Origin: Bacteroidales bacterium
GTDB lineage: Bacteria > Bacteroidota > Bacteroidia > Bacteroidales > GCA-2711565
DNA length: 64,000 nucleotides
Direction of reading: 5' to 3'
NCBI GenBank assembly: GCA_963664245.1
Contig: OY760934.1
Span: 2,876,376-2,940,375 of the forward strand
Below the pieces are notes generated by a model. It was given only the letters and a program-made list of their open reading frames with translations. It was not told the DNA's origin and ran no database searches. A program made the position numbers and the translations under genes. Positions 18,352 through 27,716 of the stretch are shown one piece after another (the first letter of the stretch is position 1; every line of letters begins with the position of its first letter).

Positions 18352-20310
18352 GTGGGTTTTTTTATGAGATATATGATTAAAAGGTTATTGTTGGGTCTGG
18401 TTTTGTTTTTAGGGATAATTATTCGTTTGTATGCTGAGATAAATCCTCAGAATTTGCAGGATCAAAAATCATACATCTCATCTTTGTCTGATAGATGTTG
18501 GGAGTTAAGAGAGAAGAATTCAGATTCATCATTACATTATGGGGGTAAAGCCCTACAGCTTGCCGAAGAAATAGCATACGATTATGAAATTGCAAGAGCT
18601 AGTGGTTTTCTTGGAGTTGTTTACATCCATTATTTGCACAAAGCCCGGAAATCGATCCCATATCTTCAGAAAGCATTAGAATATAGTTTGAAGGTTAATG
18701 ATTCGGTTCAACTTGGCTATGCCTACAATAATTTGGGCGATGCATTTATGTTAACCGGAAATGCCTCTCTGGCTTTACAATATGGTGAACATTCTTTAAG
18801 TATTTTTACAAAATTGCATCATGAGTATGGAATAGCTTATGCCTACATTAACCTGGGATTGACTCACCGAATGCAAAAGAATTTTGTTCAGGCCCTGGAA
18901 TATTTTGAAAAGGCCAAAAAGATTCGAGAAAAAATCGATGATAAAATTGGACTTGCATCTAATTTATATGAAATAGCCGTTGTTTACGAGAAGACTCAAA
19001 AACTGGATCTTGCAATGCAAAACTATAGAAGATCTTATTTGCTTCATGCAGAATTGAATAATGTTAAATACAAAGCTTATTGTTTAAATGGAATAGCAAA
19101 TATTCATTATTTGAATCATCAACTTGACAGCGCCCTGTTGTATTATAATCGCGCAAAAGAATTGAATTTGGAGAAAAACTATGAGTTTGGGTTAATTGAC
19201 AATTATATTGGATTGGCCATGGTGTATGTTCAAAAAAACATGGTTTTAAAAGGCGAAAAAGCCTTGTCAAACGCAATGCATTTGTCTGAAAAATTAGCGA
19301 TCCCGAATAAGATATTAGAAACGTACGAATCTTATTCTGAGTTTTACAAAGTGCTTGGTGATTATAAAAAAGCGATACTAAGCCTGAATAAGTTTTTGCA
19401 TTTATATGATTCTTTGCTTTCCATCCAACGCTTTGAGACCTTGAACGAACTACAAAACCGCTTTTATGTTAATCAAAGATTGATGCAAACGAAAACTGAA
19501 TTGCATAACAAGAAAAAAGAAAGAAATTATTTATTGGTCATTATTTTCTTGTTGACTATGGTTTTTGCAATTATTATTTGGAAAATGATAACACAACATC
19601 GTTTAAATAAGCAACTGAAAGAAATTAATCATCAGAAAAACAAAATGTTTTCGGTTATTTCGCATGATTTAAAAACACCGTTTAATTCAATTTTGGGATA
19701 TAGTCAGTTGATCCTAGAAGGGCTTGATGATAAAGAATATAAGGAGTTGGAGGATTATGCAAGAACCTTGAACAGATCGGCGGAAGATAGTTATAACCTT
19801 CTGACACGATTATTGAATTGGTCGAGGGCTCAAACCGGGCGGATTAAATTTGCCCCTCAGATGGCTCTTGTTGATGAACTGTTTAACGAGCTTCTTGATA
19901 AATTTGAGCTCCAGGCTAAAGAGTTGAATATTCGTCTAATCTTTGAAAATGAGATAAAAGAACCGCTAAAACTGGATTCATTGATCCTGCAAATTGTGTT
20001 GTCCAATTTAATTTCGAATGCTTTAAAGTTTTCTAAAAAAGGAACCTCGGTGAATATTCGTTCAATTAAAAAAGATACTGCTTTGATAATTTTGGTTAAA
20101 GATGAAGGAACTGGTATCCCGGATGAAATTTTAAGTAAAATTTGGGACCGGAATTTTAACTACACTACCCCGGGACTTAGAAAAGAAAAAGGAACAGGGC
20201 TTGGGCTTCAAATTTGCAAAGACTTGGTTCAAGTACATCATGGAAAAATCAGTGTAGAAAGCAAAATAGGAGTTGGGACCCTATTCCAAATTTCGCTCCC
20301 TTTACACTAA
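18352..20310 (+). CDS. TPR-repeat sensor histidine kinase (no adjacent cognate regulator)
   Basis: 652-aa ORF; an ATG at 18364 (MRYMIKRL) is a likely true start. It has a signal/TM segment, about eight TPR-like repeats, a TM helix (LLVIIFLLTMVFAIIIW), H-box FSVISHDLKTPFNSILGY, NLISNALKFS, DEGTGIP and GTGLGL. Confidence 0.9.
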   Translation: MGFFMRYMIKRLLLGLVLFLGIIIRLYAEINPQNLQDQKSYISSLSDRCWELREKNSDSSLHYGGKALQLAEEIAYDYEIARASGFLGVVYIHYLHKARKSIPYLQKALEYSLKVNDSVQLGYAYNNLGDAFMLTGNASLALQYGEHSLSIFTKLHHEYGIAYAYINLGLTHRMQKNFVQALEYFEKAKKIREKIDDKIGLASNLYEIAVVYEKTQKLDLAMQNYRRSYLLHAELNNVKYKAYCLNGIANIHYLNHQLDSALLYYNRAKELNLEKNYEFGLIDNYIGLAMVYVQKNMVLKGEKALSNAMHLSEKLAIPNKILETYESYSEFYKVLGDYKKAILSLNKFLHLYDSLLSIQRFETLNELQNRFYVNQRLMQTKTELHNKKKERNYLLVIIFLLTMVFAIIIWKMITQHRLNKQLKEINHQKNKMFSVISHDLKTPFNSILGYSQLILEGLDDKEYKELEDYARTLNRSAEDSYNLLTRLLNWSRAQTGRIKFAPQMALVDELFNELLDKFELQAKELNIRLIFENEIKEPLKLDSLILQIVLSNLISNALKFSKKGTSVNIRSIKKDTALIILVKDEGTGIPDEILSKIWDRNFNYTTPGLRKEKGTGLGLQICKDLVQVHHGKISVESKIGVGTLFQISLPLH

Positions 20311-20850
20311 GATTCTTTTGCTGGTGAGCCAGTCCGCTTTATTGATCCTGAAAATAAAAACATCAAGGCCGAAAAGTTTTGCCGATTCGCTGATAATCAT
20401 CCCGTTTTTCCGTGCTACATTTTGCGAAGCAATGTTTCTTTTATCGATGACAGAAATTAAACGTTCCGTCAGCTTGTTTTCAAAAGCAAAATCACGGCAT
20501 TTTTTTGCAGCTTCGGTAGCAAAACCTTTTCCCCAAAAAGCAGGGATGAGGTGGTAGCCAATTTCAATTTCTTTTTTGCCATTGATAGTTTGCTCCAACA
20601 GGCCACATTGACCAATGTATTTTCCCGTTTCTTTTTCAATCAATGCATGTAATCCGTATCGTTTGTCCTTGTACCTTTTTAGCTGTATGTTAATCCAGTT
20701 TTCGGCCTGAGCCTTAATGCTCATTGTTAAATCAATGCCCAGGTATTTAAGATTTGGGTTGTCTTTAAAATAAGTTTCCCATCCAAGGGCATCATTTTTT
20801 TCAATTTTTCTGAAGACCAGCCTTTCGGTTTCAATTCCGTCTAAATACAT
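20302..20850 (-). CDS. GNAT family N-acetyltransferase (RimJ/RimL-like)
   Basis: 182 aa with acetyl-CoA binding region GYHLIPAFWGKGFATEAAKKCRDFAF. It converges on the TPR kinase gene and overlaps it by 9 nt. Confidence 0.85.
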   Translation of the reverse strand: MYLDGIETERLVFRKIEKNDALGWETYFKDNPNLKYLGIDLTMSIKAQAENWINIQLKRYKDKRYGLHALIEKETGKYIGQCGLLEQTINGKKEIEIGYHLIPAFWGKGFATEAAKKCRDFAFENKLTERLISVIDKRNIASQNVARKNGMIISESAKLFGLDVFIFRINKADWLTSKRILV

Positions 20851-20930
20851 AATGTTGCGATTACAATAATATTTACTTCAAAAATAAGGAGATAAACGCT
20901 AATTTGTATGGATGGTCCCCAATTAAGTTT

Positions 20931-20938
20931 TATCTTTG
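20931..20938 (+). promoter_or_regulatory. -7 promoter box (TATCTTTG) driving riboswitch 1 / btuFCD
   Basis: Exact TAnnTTTG match 5 nt before the P1 stem of the riboswitch. A TTTG lies at 20903-20906 as a possible -33 element. Confidence 0.5.
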
Positions 20939-20942
20939 CTGC

Positions 20943-21113
20943 ATTGGTGGATATTTTCCTTAAAAGGGAATCCCGTGATTCGCTGGCTGGCGGAAAGTCG
21001 GGAGCTGTCCCCGCAGCTGTAAGTCTGAATATTTTAAGTTATAAAGCCACTATTTGCCAACTGGCAGATGGGAAGGCAACTTAAAACAGGCGAGCCAGAA
21101 GACCTGCCAATAA
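20943..21113 (+). promoter_or_regulatory. Cobalamin (B12) riboswitch 1
   Basis: Conserved cobalamin-riboswitch blocks are present: AAAAGGGAATCCCGTGA, GCTGTCCCCGCAGCTGTAA, GCCACT, GGGAAGG and the B12 box AGCCAGAAGACCTGCC (21093-21108). P1 pairs TTGGTGG with CCTGCCAA. It lies directly upstream of a B12-type ABC importer. Confidence 0.9.
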
Positions 21114-21160
21114 CAGTAGTGAACATCGCTTAATTGCCGGGTGAAGCATTATTTTGAATT

Positions 21161-21973
21161 ATGAAAAAATTTATCTTCCTTTTTTTAGTTTTAATGAGCC
21201 TTCATTTAAGTGCTCAAATTCCCCAACGAATTGTTTCCTTGGTTCCTTCAATCACAAAAGAACTGGTACTGCTTGGGCTCGACGAAAAAATAGTGGGCAT
21301 CACAAATTATTGCCAAATCCCCGATAAAGGAAAATACCCGGTGGTCGCTTCGGCCATGGATGTAAATATTGAAAAAATAATTACCCTGAACCCCGAATTG
21401 GTTTTTGCCTCAAGCTTAAATAAGCCGGGAACCCTGGCTGTTTTGAGAAAAGCCGGGATTAACGTTGTGAACCTTGTTTTGCCGCGTTCTTACGAAGAAA
21501 TTAATGCCCAGTTTATAGAAATTGGCGAGATGTGCGGTAAGAAAGAAAAAGCCCTTGAAATCGTTGGGGTTCAAAAAGAAAAGATAAAACACTTGCAAAA
21601 TCGAATCCCGAAAACGCAAACGCTCAGGATGTTTTTTGAAATAGGGGCCAATCCGCTTTGGTGTGTTGTTCCGGGGATGTTTATGGATGATTTTATTCGC
21701 CTGTCGGGAGGGCAAAATATTGCTAAAGATATTACAAACGGAGCCATTAGCCGCGAAAGTGTTTTAATCCGCGACCCGGAAATTATTATTGTTTCTTCGA
21801 TGGGGATTGTTGGTGCCGAGGAGGTTAAAATCTGGAAATCGTATCAACATTTATCGGCGGTAAAAAATGATATGGTTTTTGTGGTTGATGCTGATAAATC
21901 GTGCAGCCCTACTCCGGTCGATTTTGTTGAAGCCCTTGAAGAAATCATTACTTTTATTTACAAGAAAAAATAA
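21161..21973 (+). CDS. btuF: ABC transporter periplasmic substrate-binding protein, BtuF-like (cobalamin/corrinoid)
   Basis: 270 aa with a signal peptide and the class III binding-protein N-terminus RIVSLVPSITKELVLLGLDEKIVGITNYC. The function is inferred from riboswitch control and the adjacent FecCD permease. Confidence 0.8.
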   Translation: MKKFIFLFLVLMSLHLSAQIPQRIVSLVPSITKELVLLGLDEKIVGITNYCQIPDKGKYPVVASAMDVNIEKIITLNPELVFASSLNKPGTLAVLRKAGINVVNLVLPRSYEEINAQFIEIGEMCGKKEKALEIVGVQKEKIKHLQNRIPKTQTLRMFFEIGANPLWCVVPGMFMDDFIRLSGGQNIAKDITNGAISRESVLIRDPEIIIVSSMGIVGAEEVKIWKSYQHLSAVKNDMVFVVDADKSCSPTPVDFVEALEEIITFIYKKK

Positions 21974-21975
21974 GC

Positions 21976-22986
21976 ATGAAATCCAAAGCCATAAAATGGG
22001 GACTTTTTTCGGCAATTTTATTTGTCTGCCTGATTTTTGCCATTGGTATTTCGTTAAGCATAGGCGAATTGCATTTTTCGTTGTTTGAAATTCCCGCAAT
22101 TTTAAAACAGGGGCCGGGAAGCATGGAGTACATCATCATCCACGATATCCGTTTGCCTCGGGTATTGCTCGGAGTTGCCGTTGGAGGGGCCTTAAGCTTG
22201 TCAGGCGTGGTTTTGCAGGGCGTTTATCGTAATCCGTTGGTTGAACCTTATACGCTGGGAATTTCCGGGGGAGCTGCCTTAGGTGTTGCCATGACCATTG
22301 TTTTTGGATTAAACTTTTTAATTGGTTCGTTTATGTTGCCCCTGATGGGTTTTGCCGGGGCGGTTGCTTCCGTGATTTTGGTTTACATCATAAGCGTTAA
22401 ACGGGGGCAAATCCGCATTCAAAACATGCTGTTGATAGGCGTTATGGTTAGTTTTATTTCTTCCTCGGCCATGATGCTTTTAATGTCTATCACAACCACC
22501 CAAAATTTGCACGGCATTGTATTTTGGATGATGGGCAGTTTGGATGAACCCAATAAATCGTTGATTTGGATAAATTTGGGCGTCTCGGTTTTTGGCTTGA
22601 TCGCGGCCTATTTTTTTGTACGACCCTTAAATGCCTTGCGTTTGGGCGAAGAAAAGGCACGCCATTTGGGCATTAATACCAATGTTTCGATAAAAATATT
22701 GTTTATTCTTGCCAGTTTGTTGGCCGGGGTGAGTGTTGCTGTTGCCGGGGTGATTGGCTTTATCGGGCTGGTTATTCCGCATATTATGCGGCTTATTGTC
22801 GGATCCGATTACCGGATCTTACTACTTTCCTCTTTTTTGAGCGGCAGTACGTTTTTAATCCTTTGCGATTCGGTTTCCAGGGTAATTATTCAGCCGAATG
22901 AATTGCCGATTGGCGTTATTACCGGGATCATTGGCGGACTGGTATTTGTAATCATATTAAGTAAATCGTCATTTAAATTTAAGTAA
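21976..22986 (+). CDS. btuC: FecCD-family ABC transporter permease, BtuC-like
   Basis: 336 aa and polytopic, with family motifs RLPRVLLGVAVGGALSLSGVVLQ and LPIGVITGIIGGLVF. It starts 3 nt after btuF. Confidence 0.9.
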   Translation: MKSKAIKWGLFSAILFVCLIFAIGISLSIGELHFSLFEIPAILKQGPGSMEYIIIHDIRLPRVLLGVAVGGALSLSGVVLQGVYRNPLVEPYTLGISGGAALGVAMTIVFGLNFLIGSFMLPLMGFAGAVASVILVYIISVKRGQIRIQNMLLIGVMVSFISSSAMMLLMSITTTQNLHGIVFWMMGSLDEPNKSLIWINLGVSVFGLIAAYFFVRPLNALRLGEEKARHLGINTNVSIKILFILASLLAGVSVAVAGVIGFIGLVIPHIMRLIVGSDYRILLLSSFLSGSTFLILCDSVSRVIIQPNELPIGVITGIIGGLVFVIILSKSSFKFK

Positions 22987-23002
22987 ACTTAAAAACAAAA
23001 AG

Positions 23003-23818
23003 TTGTCTAATCATATTCTCGACATACAAGATTTTAGTTGCGGTTACGGTTCTAAGTTCAGCTTGAAAAAAATAAATATCAAATTGAAGGAAGGAACTTT
23101 TGCCGGGGTTATCGGTCCTAATGGAGCCGGAAAAACAACTTTGTTCAGGGGGATAACTTCCGAGTTATCTGTTCGTGAGGGGAGGCTGAAAATTTGCAAT
23201 GTTGATTCGAACACCCTGAGTTATAAGGAGAAAGCACAGGCTGTTGCAGTTGTATCGCAAAGCATTGAATCGGCTTATATTAAAGTAGAAGATTATGTTT
23301 TGATGGGTCGTTTGCCTTACCGTCAGCGGTTTGCATTTTTTGAAACCAGCGAAGATATGGCCATTGCCAAAAAATACATGCGCCTTACCAATGTTTGGCA
23401 TTTGAAGGATAAATTTATGACCGAGTTAAGCGGTGGCGAACAGCAATTGGCCGGGATAGCCCGGGCCTTAACGCAACAACCCAAGCTTTTGTTGTTGGAT
23501 GAACCAACTGCCCACCTCGACATTACCCACCAGGTTCAGGTATTAAATCTTATCCAGGAACTTAATAAAGAATTGAACTTAACGGTTCTGATGAACATCC
23601 ACGATTTGAATTTGGCCGGCGAATATTGCGATTATCTCATCTTGTTGAAGAATGGGCAAATTCATACCCAGGGCGAACCCGAAAAAGTGTTGGACTATAA
23701 AATCATTGAAGAAGTTTACGAAACGGTGGTCATCACCAAAACAAATCCCGTTTCCGGAAAACCTGCAATATTTCTTGTTTCCGGGGAAGTGTTGAATAAA
23801 ATAAAAAATAAGGGTTAA
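23003..23818 (+). CDS. btuD: ABC transporter ATP-binding protein, BtuD-like
   Basis: 271 aa with a TTG start. It has Walker A GPNGAGKTT, signature LSGGEQQ and Walker B LLLLDEPTAHLD. Confidence 0.9.
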   Translation: MSNHILDIQDFSCGYGSKFSLKKINIKLKEGTFAGVIGPNGAGKTTLFRGITSELSVREGRLKICNVDSNTLSYKEKAQAVAVVSQSIESAYIKVEDYVLMGRLPYRQRFAFFETSEDMAIAKKYMRLTNVWHLKDKFMTELSGGEQQLAGIARALTQQPKLLLLDEPTAHLDITHQVQVLNLIQELNKELNLTVLMNIHDLNLAGEYCDYLILLKNGQIHTQGEPEKVLDYKIIEEVYETVVITKTNPVSGKPAIFLVSGEVLNKIKNKG

Positions 23819-23941
23819 TTTACCATCAATAATTTTTAAATCACAGAAAAGTTTAAAATGCCAAATCCTATTGGAGTTTGCTTATTGTAATCCGTAACTT
23901 TTTTGATGAAGAAATACATTTGCCGGAACTAAATTTAGTAT

Positions 23942-23949
23942 TACATTTG
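23942..23949 (+). promoter_or_regulatory. -7 promoter box (TACATTTG) driving riboswitch 2 / btuB-cobUTSC
   Basis: Exact TAnnTTTG match with a TTTG (23919-23922) 19 nt upstream. It ends 6 nt before the riboswitch P1 stem. Confidence 0.5.
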
Positions 23950-23955
23950 CAACAA

Positions 23956-24130
23956 TTATTGGTTCAAAAAGATTAAAAAGGGAATCCTGTGATTCAGAGT
24001 AATCTGGAAAGTCAGGAGCTGTCCCCGCAGCTGTAAGTCCTAATAATGTTTTGAGCACCCTTGCCACTGTCCGCCAACTGGCGGATGGGAAGGCCGCTTA
24101 AAACGGACAAGCCAGAAGACCTGCCAATAA
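23956..24130 (+). promoter_or_regulatory. Cobalamin (B12) riboswitch 2
   Basis: AAAAAGGGAATCCTGTGA, GCTGTCCCCGCAGCTGTAA, TTGCCACTG, GGGAAGG and the B12 box AGCCAGAAGACCTGCC (24110-24125) are present. P1 is TTATTGG/CCAATAA. The sequence is clearly paralogous to riboswitch 1. Confidence 0.92.
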
Positions 24131-24252
24131 AGTGTTTCGTAGCTTTCGGGCGAAAGGCGAAGGAATGATTAAGGATTATTCCCCGATCAGTCTTCACTAA
24201 CAACCGATGGTTTCGAATGATTTAATTTTTTATTCATTAAACATTTGTTACT

Positions 24253-26169
24253 ATGCAAGTAAAAATTTTTGGCTTAGCTTGTTTGATGCTACTCAGCACA
24301 GTAGTGTTCGGACAAAAATCAATGACCGATAAAACCCATGATTTGGATGAAGTGGTCGTAAAATCAACAAAACTGCAGGATTATGCCGTTGGTTCAAACG
24401 TCCAAAAAATTGACAGTTTGGACAAAAAAATGTATGTGACTGCTTCAATGGCTGAACTTTTGGCTAATTTGAGTTTAGTTCGTATTAATGAAAATGGCCC
24501 CGGTGGGGTTTCAAATCCTTCAATCAGGGGAGGTGTTTCAGCACAAACAGCCGTATTATGGAACGGAATAAATCTTCAGGACGCTTCAAATGGCAGTGTT
24601 GATATGGCACAGTTACCCGCAGTGTTTTTTGATGATGTGAATGTGCAATATGGTGGATTAGGAACGCTGTTTGGTAGTGGAGCTTCTGCCGGAGCGATTC
24701 ACCTTGCTTCTAATGATCTTTTTAAAACAGGTAATTATTTAAAATTACAACTTTCAGGTGCCAGTTTTAATTCAGGTAAAGCTTTTGTTGCAAATAAAAT
24801 CGGGAACAATAAACTTTCCAATTCATTTAAGTTTTTCTATCTAAATGCAGATAACGATTTTTCTTATGATTTGGCCGATGGGACAGAAAAATATCAATCA
24901 AATGCAGGACAAAAAACAATTTCTTTTCTTAATGAGATTCAATACAAAACCAGCGAAAATTCTTCTTTGAAAGCCAGCATCTGGTATCAAACGTATGATA
25001 AAAATATTCAAACAACCATCTCTGCCGTGGCTCCAAGCCAGGCTAGTCAGTTTGACAAACAGCTATATACTTCTTTGAACTGGGGAATATGTACTGATCG
25101 CTTTTCTTTAAAACTAAACAGCGCACTGATTTCTAAATCGATGAATTACGAAGATCCTGTTTTGGATAGCAAAAACATGAATGTTAATCGTTCGTTGGTG
25201 AATGAAGTAAGCGCAAAATATTTTATTGCTAAAGGCCAAAGCATTACATCAGGAGTTAATTTTACTTATGAAGAAGGAGAATCAAGGAACTTTGCAGGTT
25301 TAGAAAGCCGCCGCCGATTATCAGGTTTTGTATCGTATAAAGCTGCGGATATTGTAGATGTTATTACCATTGTTCCTTCTGTACGTGTTGAAATGCTTGA
25401 TGGTGATTTCGTGCCATTTATCCCTTCACTTGGAGTTAGTGTAAAAGTTGCCCCGAAAGTTATTCTTAATTCTACCATTTCACGTGTTTATCGTAACCCT
25501 ACTTTTAATGATTTATACTGGTATGATCCGGTATGGAACATGATGGGTAATGAAGATTTAGAAGCTGAAACAGGATGGAGTTTTGATGCTGGTTTTGAAG
25601 AAGAATTTAAAATAGGTTCAGTAGATATGGTTCTAAAACAAAATTTTTTCTTAAATAAAATTGATGATTGGATTGTTTGGACGCCGAGTGCCGATTACTC
25701 TTCATGGAGCGTTGAAAATAAAGATGAAGGGGAAACCATTGGAATTGATTTATTTGCCGGTTCTCATTTTGAGTTAGGAGATGTTCTTTTTGATGTTTCG
25801 GCATCTTACACTTGGATTGAATCAAATTATGTAGAGGTTAATGGCGATGAAGAAACTGAAAGCAGAATGCAATATGTTCCCAAACATCGTTTTATGATAA
25901 ATATCGGCGTGGGACAAAAAGACTGGAGAGTTGCTTATAATCATAATTATTATGACAGCCGTTATACAGGAGCTGCTTATTCAGGTAATTTAGGAGCTTA
26001 CTTCTTAAGTGATTTAAGTGCTCAATACACTATTAATTTTGATAAAGACAGCTTAACCATGACTGCAAGGGCAAAAAACCTCTGGGATAGAAATTACCAG
26101 GTAATTTATGATTATGCCATGCCTAAAATTAATTTCGAATTTAGCTTATTGTATAATTTGAACTTATAA
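24253..26169 (+). CDS. btuB: TonB-dependent outer-membrane receptor, BtuB-like (corrinoid uptake inferred from riboswitch)
   Basis: 638 aa with a signal peptide, plug motifs LDEVVVKSTK and SIRGGVSAQTAVLWNGINLQD, and a beta-barrel with a terminal aromatic-rich strand. It is the first gene after riboswitch 2. Confidence 0.85.
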   Translation: MQVKIFGLACLMLLSTVVFGQKSMTDKTHDLDEVVVKSTKLQDYAVGSNVQKIDSLDKKMYVTASMAELLANLSLVRINENGPGGVSNPSIRGGVSAQTAVLWNGINLQDASNGSVDMAQLPAVFFDDVNVQYGGLGTLFGSGASAGAIHLASNDLFKTGNYLKLQLSGASFNSGKAFVANKIGNNKLSNSFKFFYLNADNDFSYDLADGTEKYQSNAGQKTISFLNEIQYKTSENSSLKASIWYQTYDKNIQTTISAVAPSQASQFDKQLYTSLNWGICTDRFSLKLNSALISKSMNYEDPVLDSKNMNVNRSLVNEVSAKYFIAKGQSITSGVNFTYEEGESRNFAGLESRRRLSGFVSYKAADIVDVITIVPSVRVEMLDGDFVPFIPSLGVSVKVAPKVILNSTISRVYRNPTFNDLYWYDPVWNMMGNEDLEAETGWSFDAGFEEEFKIGSVDMVLKQNFFLNKIDDWIVWTPSADYSSWSVENKDEGETIGIDLFAGSHFELGDVLFDVSASYTWIESNYVEVNGDEETESRMQYVPKHRFMINIGVGQKDWRVAYNHNYYDSRYTGAAYSGNLGAYFLSDLSAQYTINFDKDSLTMTARAKNLWDRNYQVIYDYAMPKINFEFSLLYNLNL

Positions 26170-26192
26170 TTTTAAGTAACTTTCCATAAATT

Positions 26193-26708
26193 TTGAATAT
26201 GGAAATTATTTTTATAACAGGTGGCCAGCGTTCGGGGAAAAGCCGTTTTGCCCAAAGGCTGGCACTTGATAAATCTTCTCATCCCATGTATGTGGCCACG
26301 GCCCGTGTATGGGATGATGATTTTAAGAAACGGATTAAACGCCACCAGGCAGACAGAGGTCCCGAATGGCTCAATGCTGAAGCAGAAAAATACATTTCCA
26401 CGATAGATTACACAAATACGAAAGTTGCGGTTGTTGATTGTGTGACCCTTTGGCTGACGAATTTTTTTGTTGATAACAAACAGGATGTAGAAATTTGTTT
26501 ACAGCAGGCCAAAGAGGAGTTCGATAAATTTTGTAAGCATAATATATGTGCCATTGTTGTTTCAAATGAGCTGGGCATGAGCCTGCACGCCGAAACCGAA
26601 ACCGGCCGCAAATTTACCGATTTGCAGGGTTGGATGAATCAATATATTGCTGATAAGGCGGATGCGGTTTATTTTATGGTAGCTGGCATTCCGCAAAAAA
26701 TTAAATAA
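26193..26708 (+). CDS. cobU: Bifunctional adenosylcobinamide kinase / adenosylcobinamide-phosphate guanylyltransferase
   Basis: About 170 aa, with a probable start at ATG 26199 (MEIIFITGG). It has P-loop GGQRSGKS and the conserved His region KRHQADR. Confidence 0.92.
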   Translation: MNMEIIFITGGQRSGKSRFAQRLALDKSSHPMYVATARVWDDDFKKRIKRHQADRGPEWLNAEAEKYISTIDYTNTKVAVVDCVTLWLTNFFVDNKQDVEICLQQAKEEFDKFCKHNICAIVVSNELGMSLHAETETGRKFTDLQGWMNQYIADKADAVYFMVAGIPQKIK

Positions 26709-26709
26709 G

Positions 26710-27714
26710 ATGGATATAAAAGATCAATTGATCAGGAAAGTAAACAATAAAACCAAACCCTTGGGTTCGTTGGGAATTTTGGAAGATATTGCCATCCAGA
26801 TTGGTGAGATTCAAAATACTTTAAATCCCGAATTAAACAATCCGTCCATGCTTGTTTTTGCAGCCGACCATGGAATTGTTGCCGAAGGGGTGAGCCCCTA
26901 CCCGAAAGAAGTTACTTCACAGATGGTACTGAATTTTTTGAACGGAGGAGCCGCCATCAATGTGTTTTGTAAGCAAAACGGGATTGCTATAAAAATTGTA
27001 GATGCAGGTGTTGATTATGATTTTGGGAATATTCCCGCTTTGGTTCATGCCAAGATTGCTTTCGGGACAAAGAACATGCTGCATGAACTGGCCATGAGTG
27101 CCAATGAGTGTGAGCAAGCCATGCAAAAAGGAGCTGGACTGGTAAAGGCTGAGTTTGAAAACCAAAGTAATGTGATCGGATTTGGAGAAATGGGCATTGG
27201 AAATACTTCGGCGGCAGCTTTATTGATGAGCAGGTTTACCGGAATTGAGATCGAAAAATGCGTGGGACCGGGAACCGGATTAAACGATCAGGGCGTTCGG
27301 CATAAAACAAAAATATTGCGAAAAGTATTGGCAAAATATGTCGATTTAAAAGATACTAAAGAAATTCTGGCGGCCATGGGCGGTTTTGAAATTGCCATGA
27401 TAGCTGGAGCCATGCTTGAAGCAGCCCGCCTGAATATGCTCATCCTGGTTGACGGGTTTATTGTTACTTCGGCTTTGTTGGTTGCTCATGCAATCAATTC
27501 CGCTATTTTGCGGAATTCCGTTTTTTGCCACCAAAGTAAAGAACCCGGGCATGAGCAAATGCTGAAATACTTGGGCGTGAAAGCGATATTAAACAATAAC
27601 CTTCGTTTGGGCGAAGGAACCGGGGCTGCATTGGCTTACCCCATGGTTAAAGCGGCGGTTAATTTCCTGAATGAAATGGCAAGCTTTGAGGATGCCGGGG
27701 TTTCAAAAAAATAA
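26710..27714 (+). CDS. cobT: Nicotinate-nucleotide--dimethylbenzimidazole phosphoribosyltransferase
   Basis: 334 aa with family motifs KTKPLGSLGILEDIA, FAADHGI and GEMGIGNTSAAA. Confidence 0.95.
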   Translation: MDIKDQLIRKVNNKTKPLGSLGILEDIAIQIGEIQNTLNPELNNPSMLVFAADHGIVAEGVSPYPKEVTSQMVLNFLNGGAAINVFCKQNGIAIKIVDAGVDYDFGNIPALVHAKIAFGTKNMLHELAMSANECEQAMQKGAGLVKAEFENQSNVIGFGEMGIGNTSAAALLMSRFTGIEIEKCVGPGTGLNDQGVRHKTKILRKVLAKYVDLKDTKEILAAMGGFEIAMIAGAMLEAARLNMLILVDGFIVTSALLVAHAINSAILRNSVFCHQSKEPGHEQMLKYLGVKAILNNNLRLGEGTGAALAYPMVKAAVNFLNEMASFEDAGVSKK

Positions 27715-27716
27715 CG

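Noticed and set aside
23882-24203. Two overlapping minus-strand ORFs (61 and 63 aa)
   Set aside because: They lie antisense to cobalamin riboswitch 2. The GC-rich conserved RNA core creates open frames by chance.
1775-26169. The two TonB-dependent receptors are both exactly 638 aa, which could suggest a duplication
   Set aside because: Their sequences differ throughout the plug and barrel (for example DISVRGGTFDQVLILINGISFNDPQ versus SIRGGVSAQTAVLWNGINLQD). The equal length is a coincidence.
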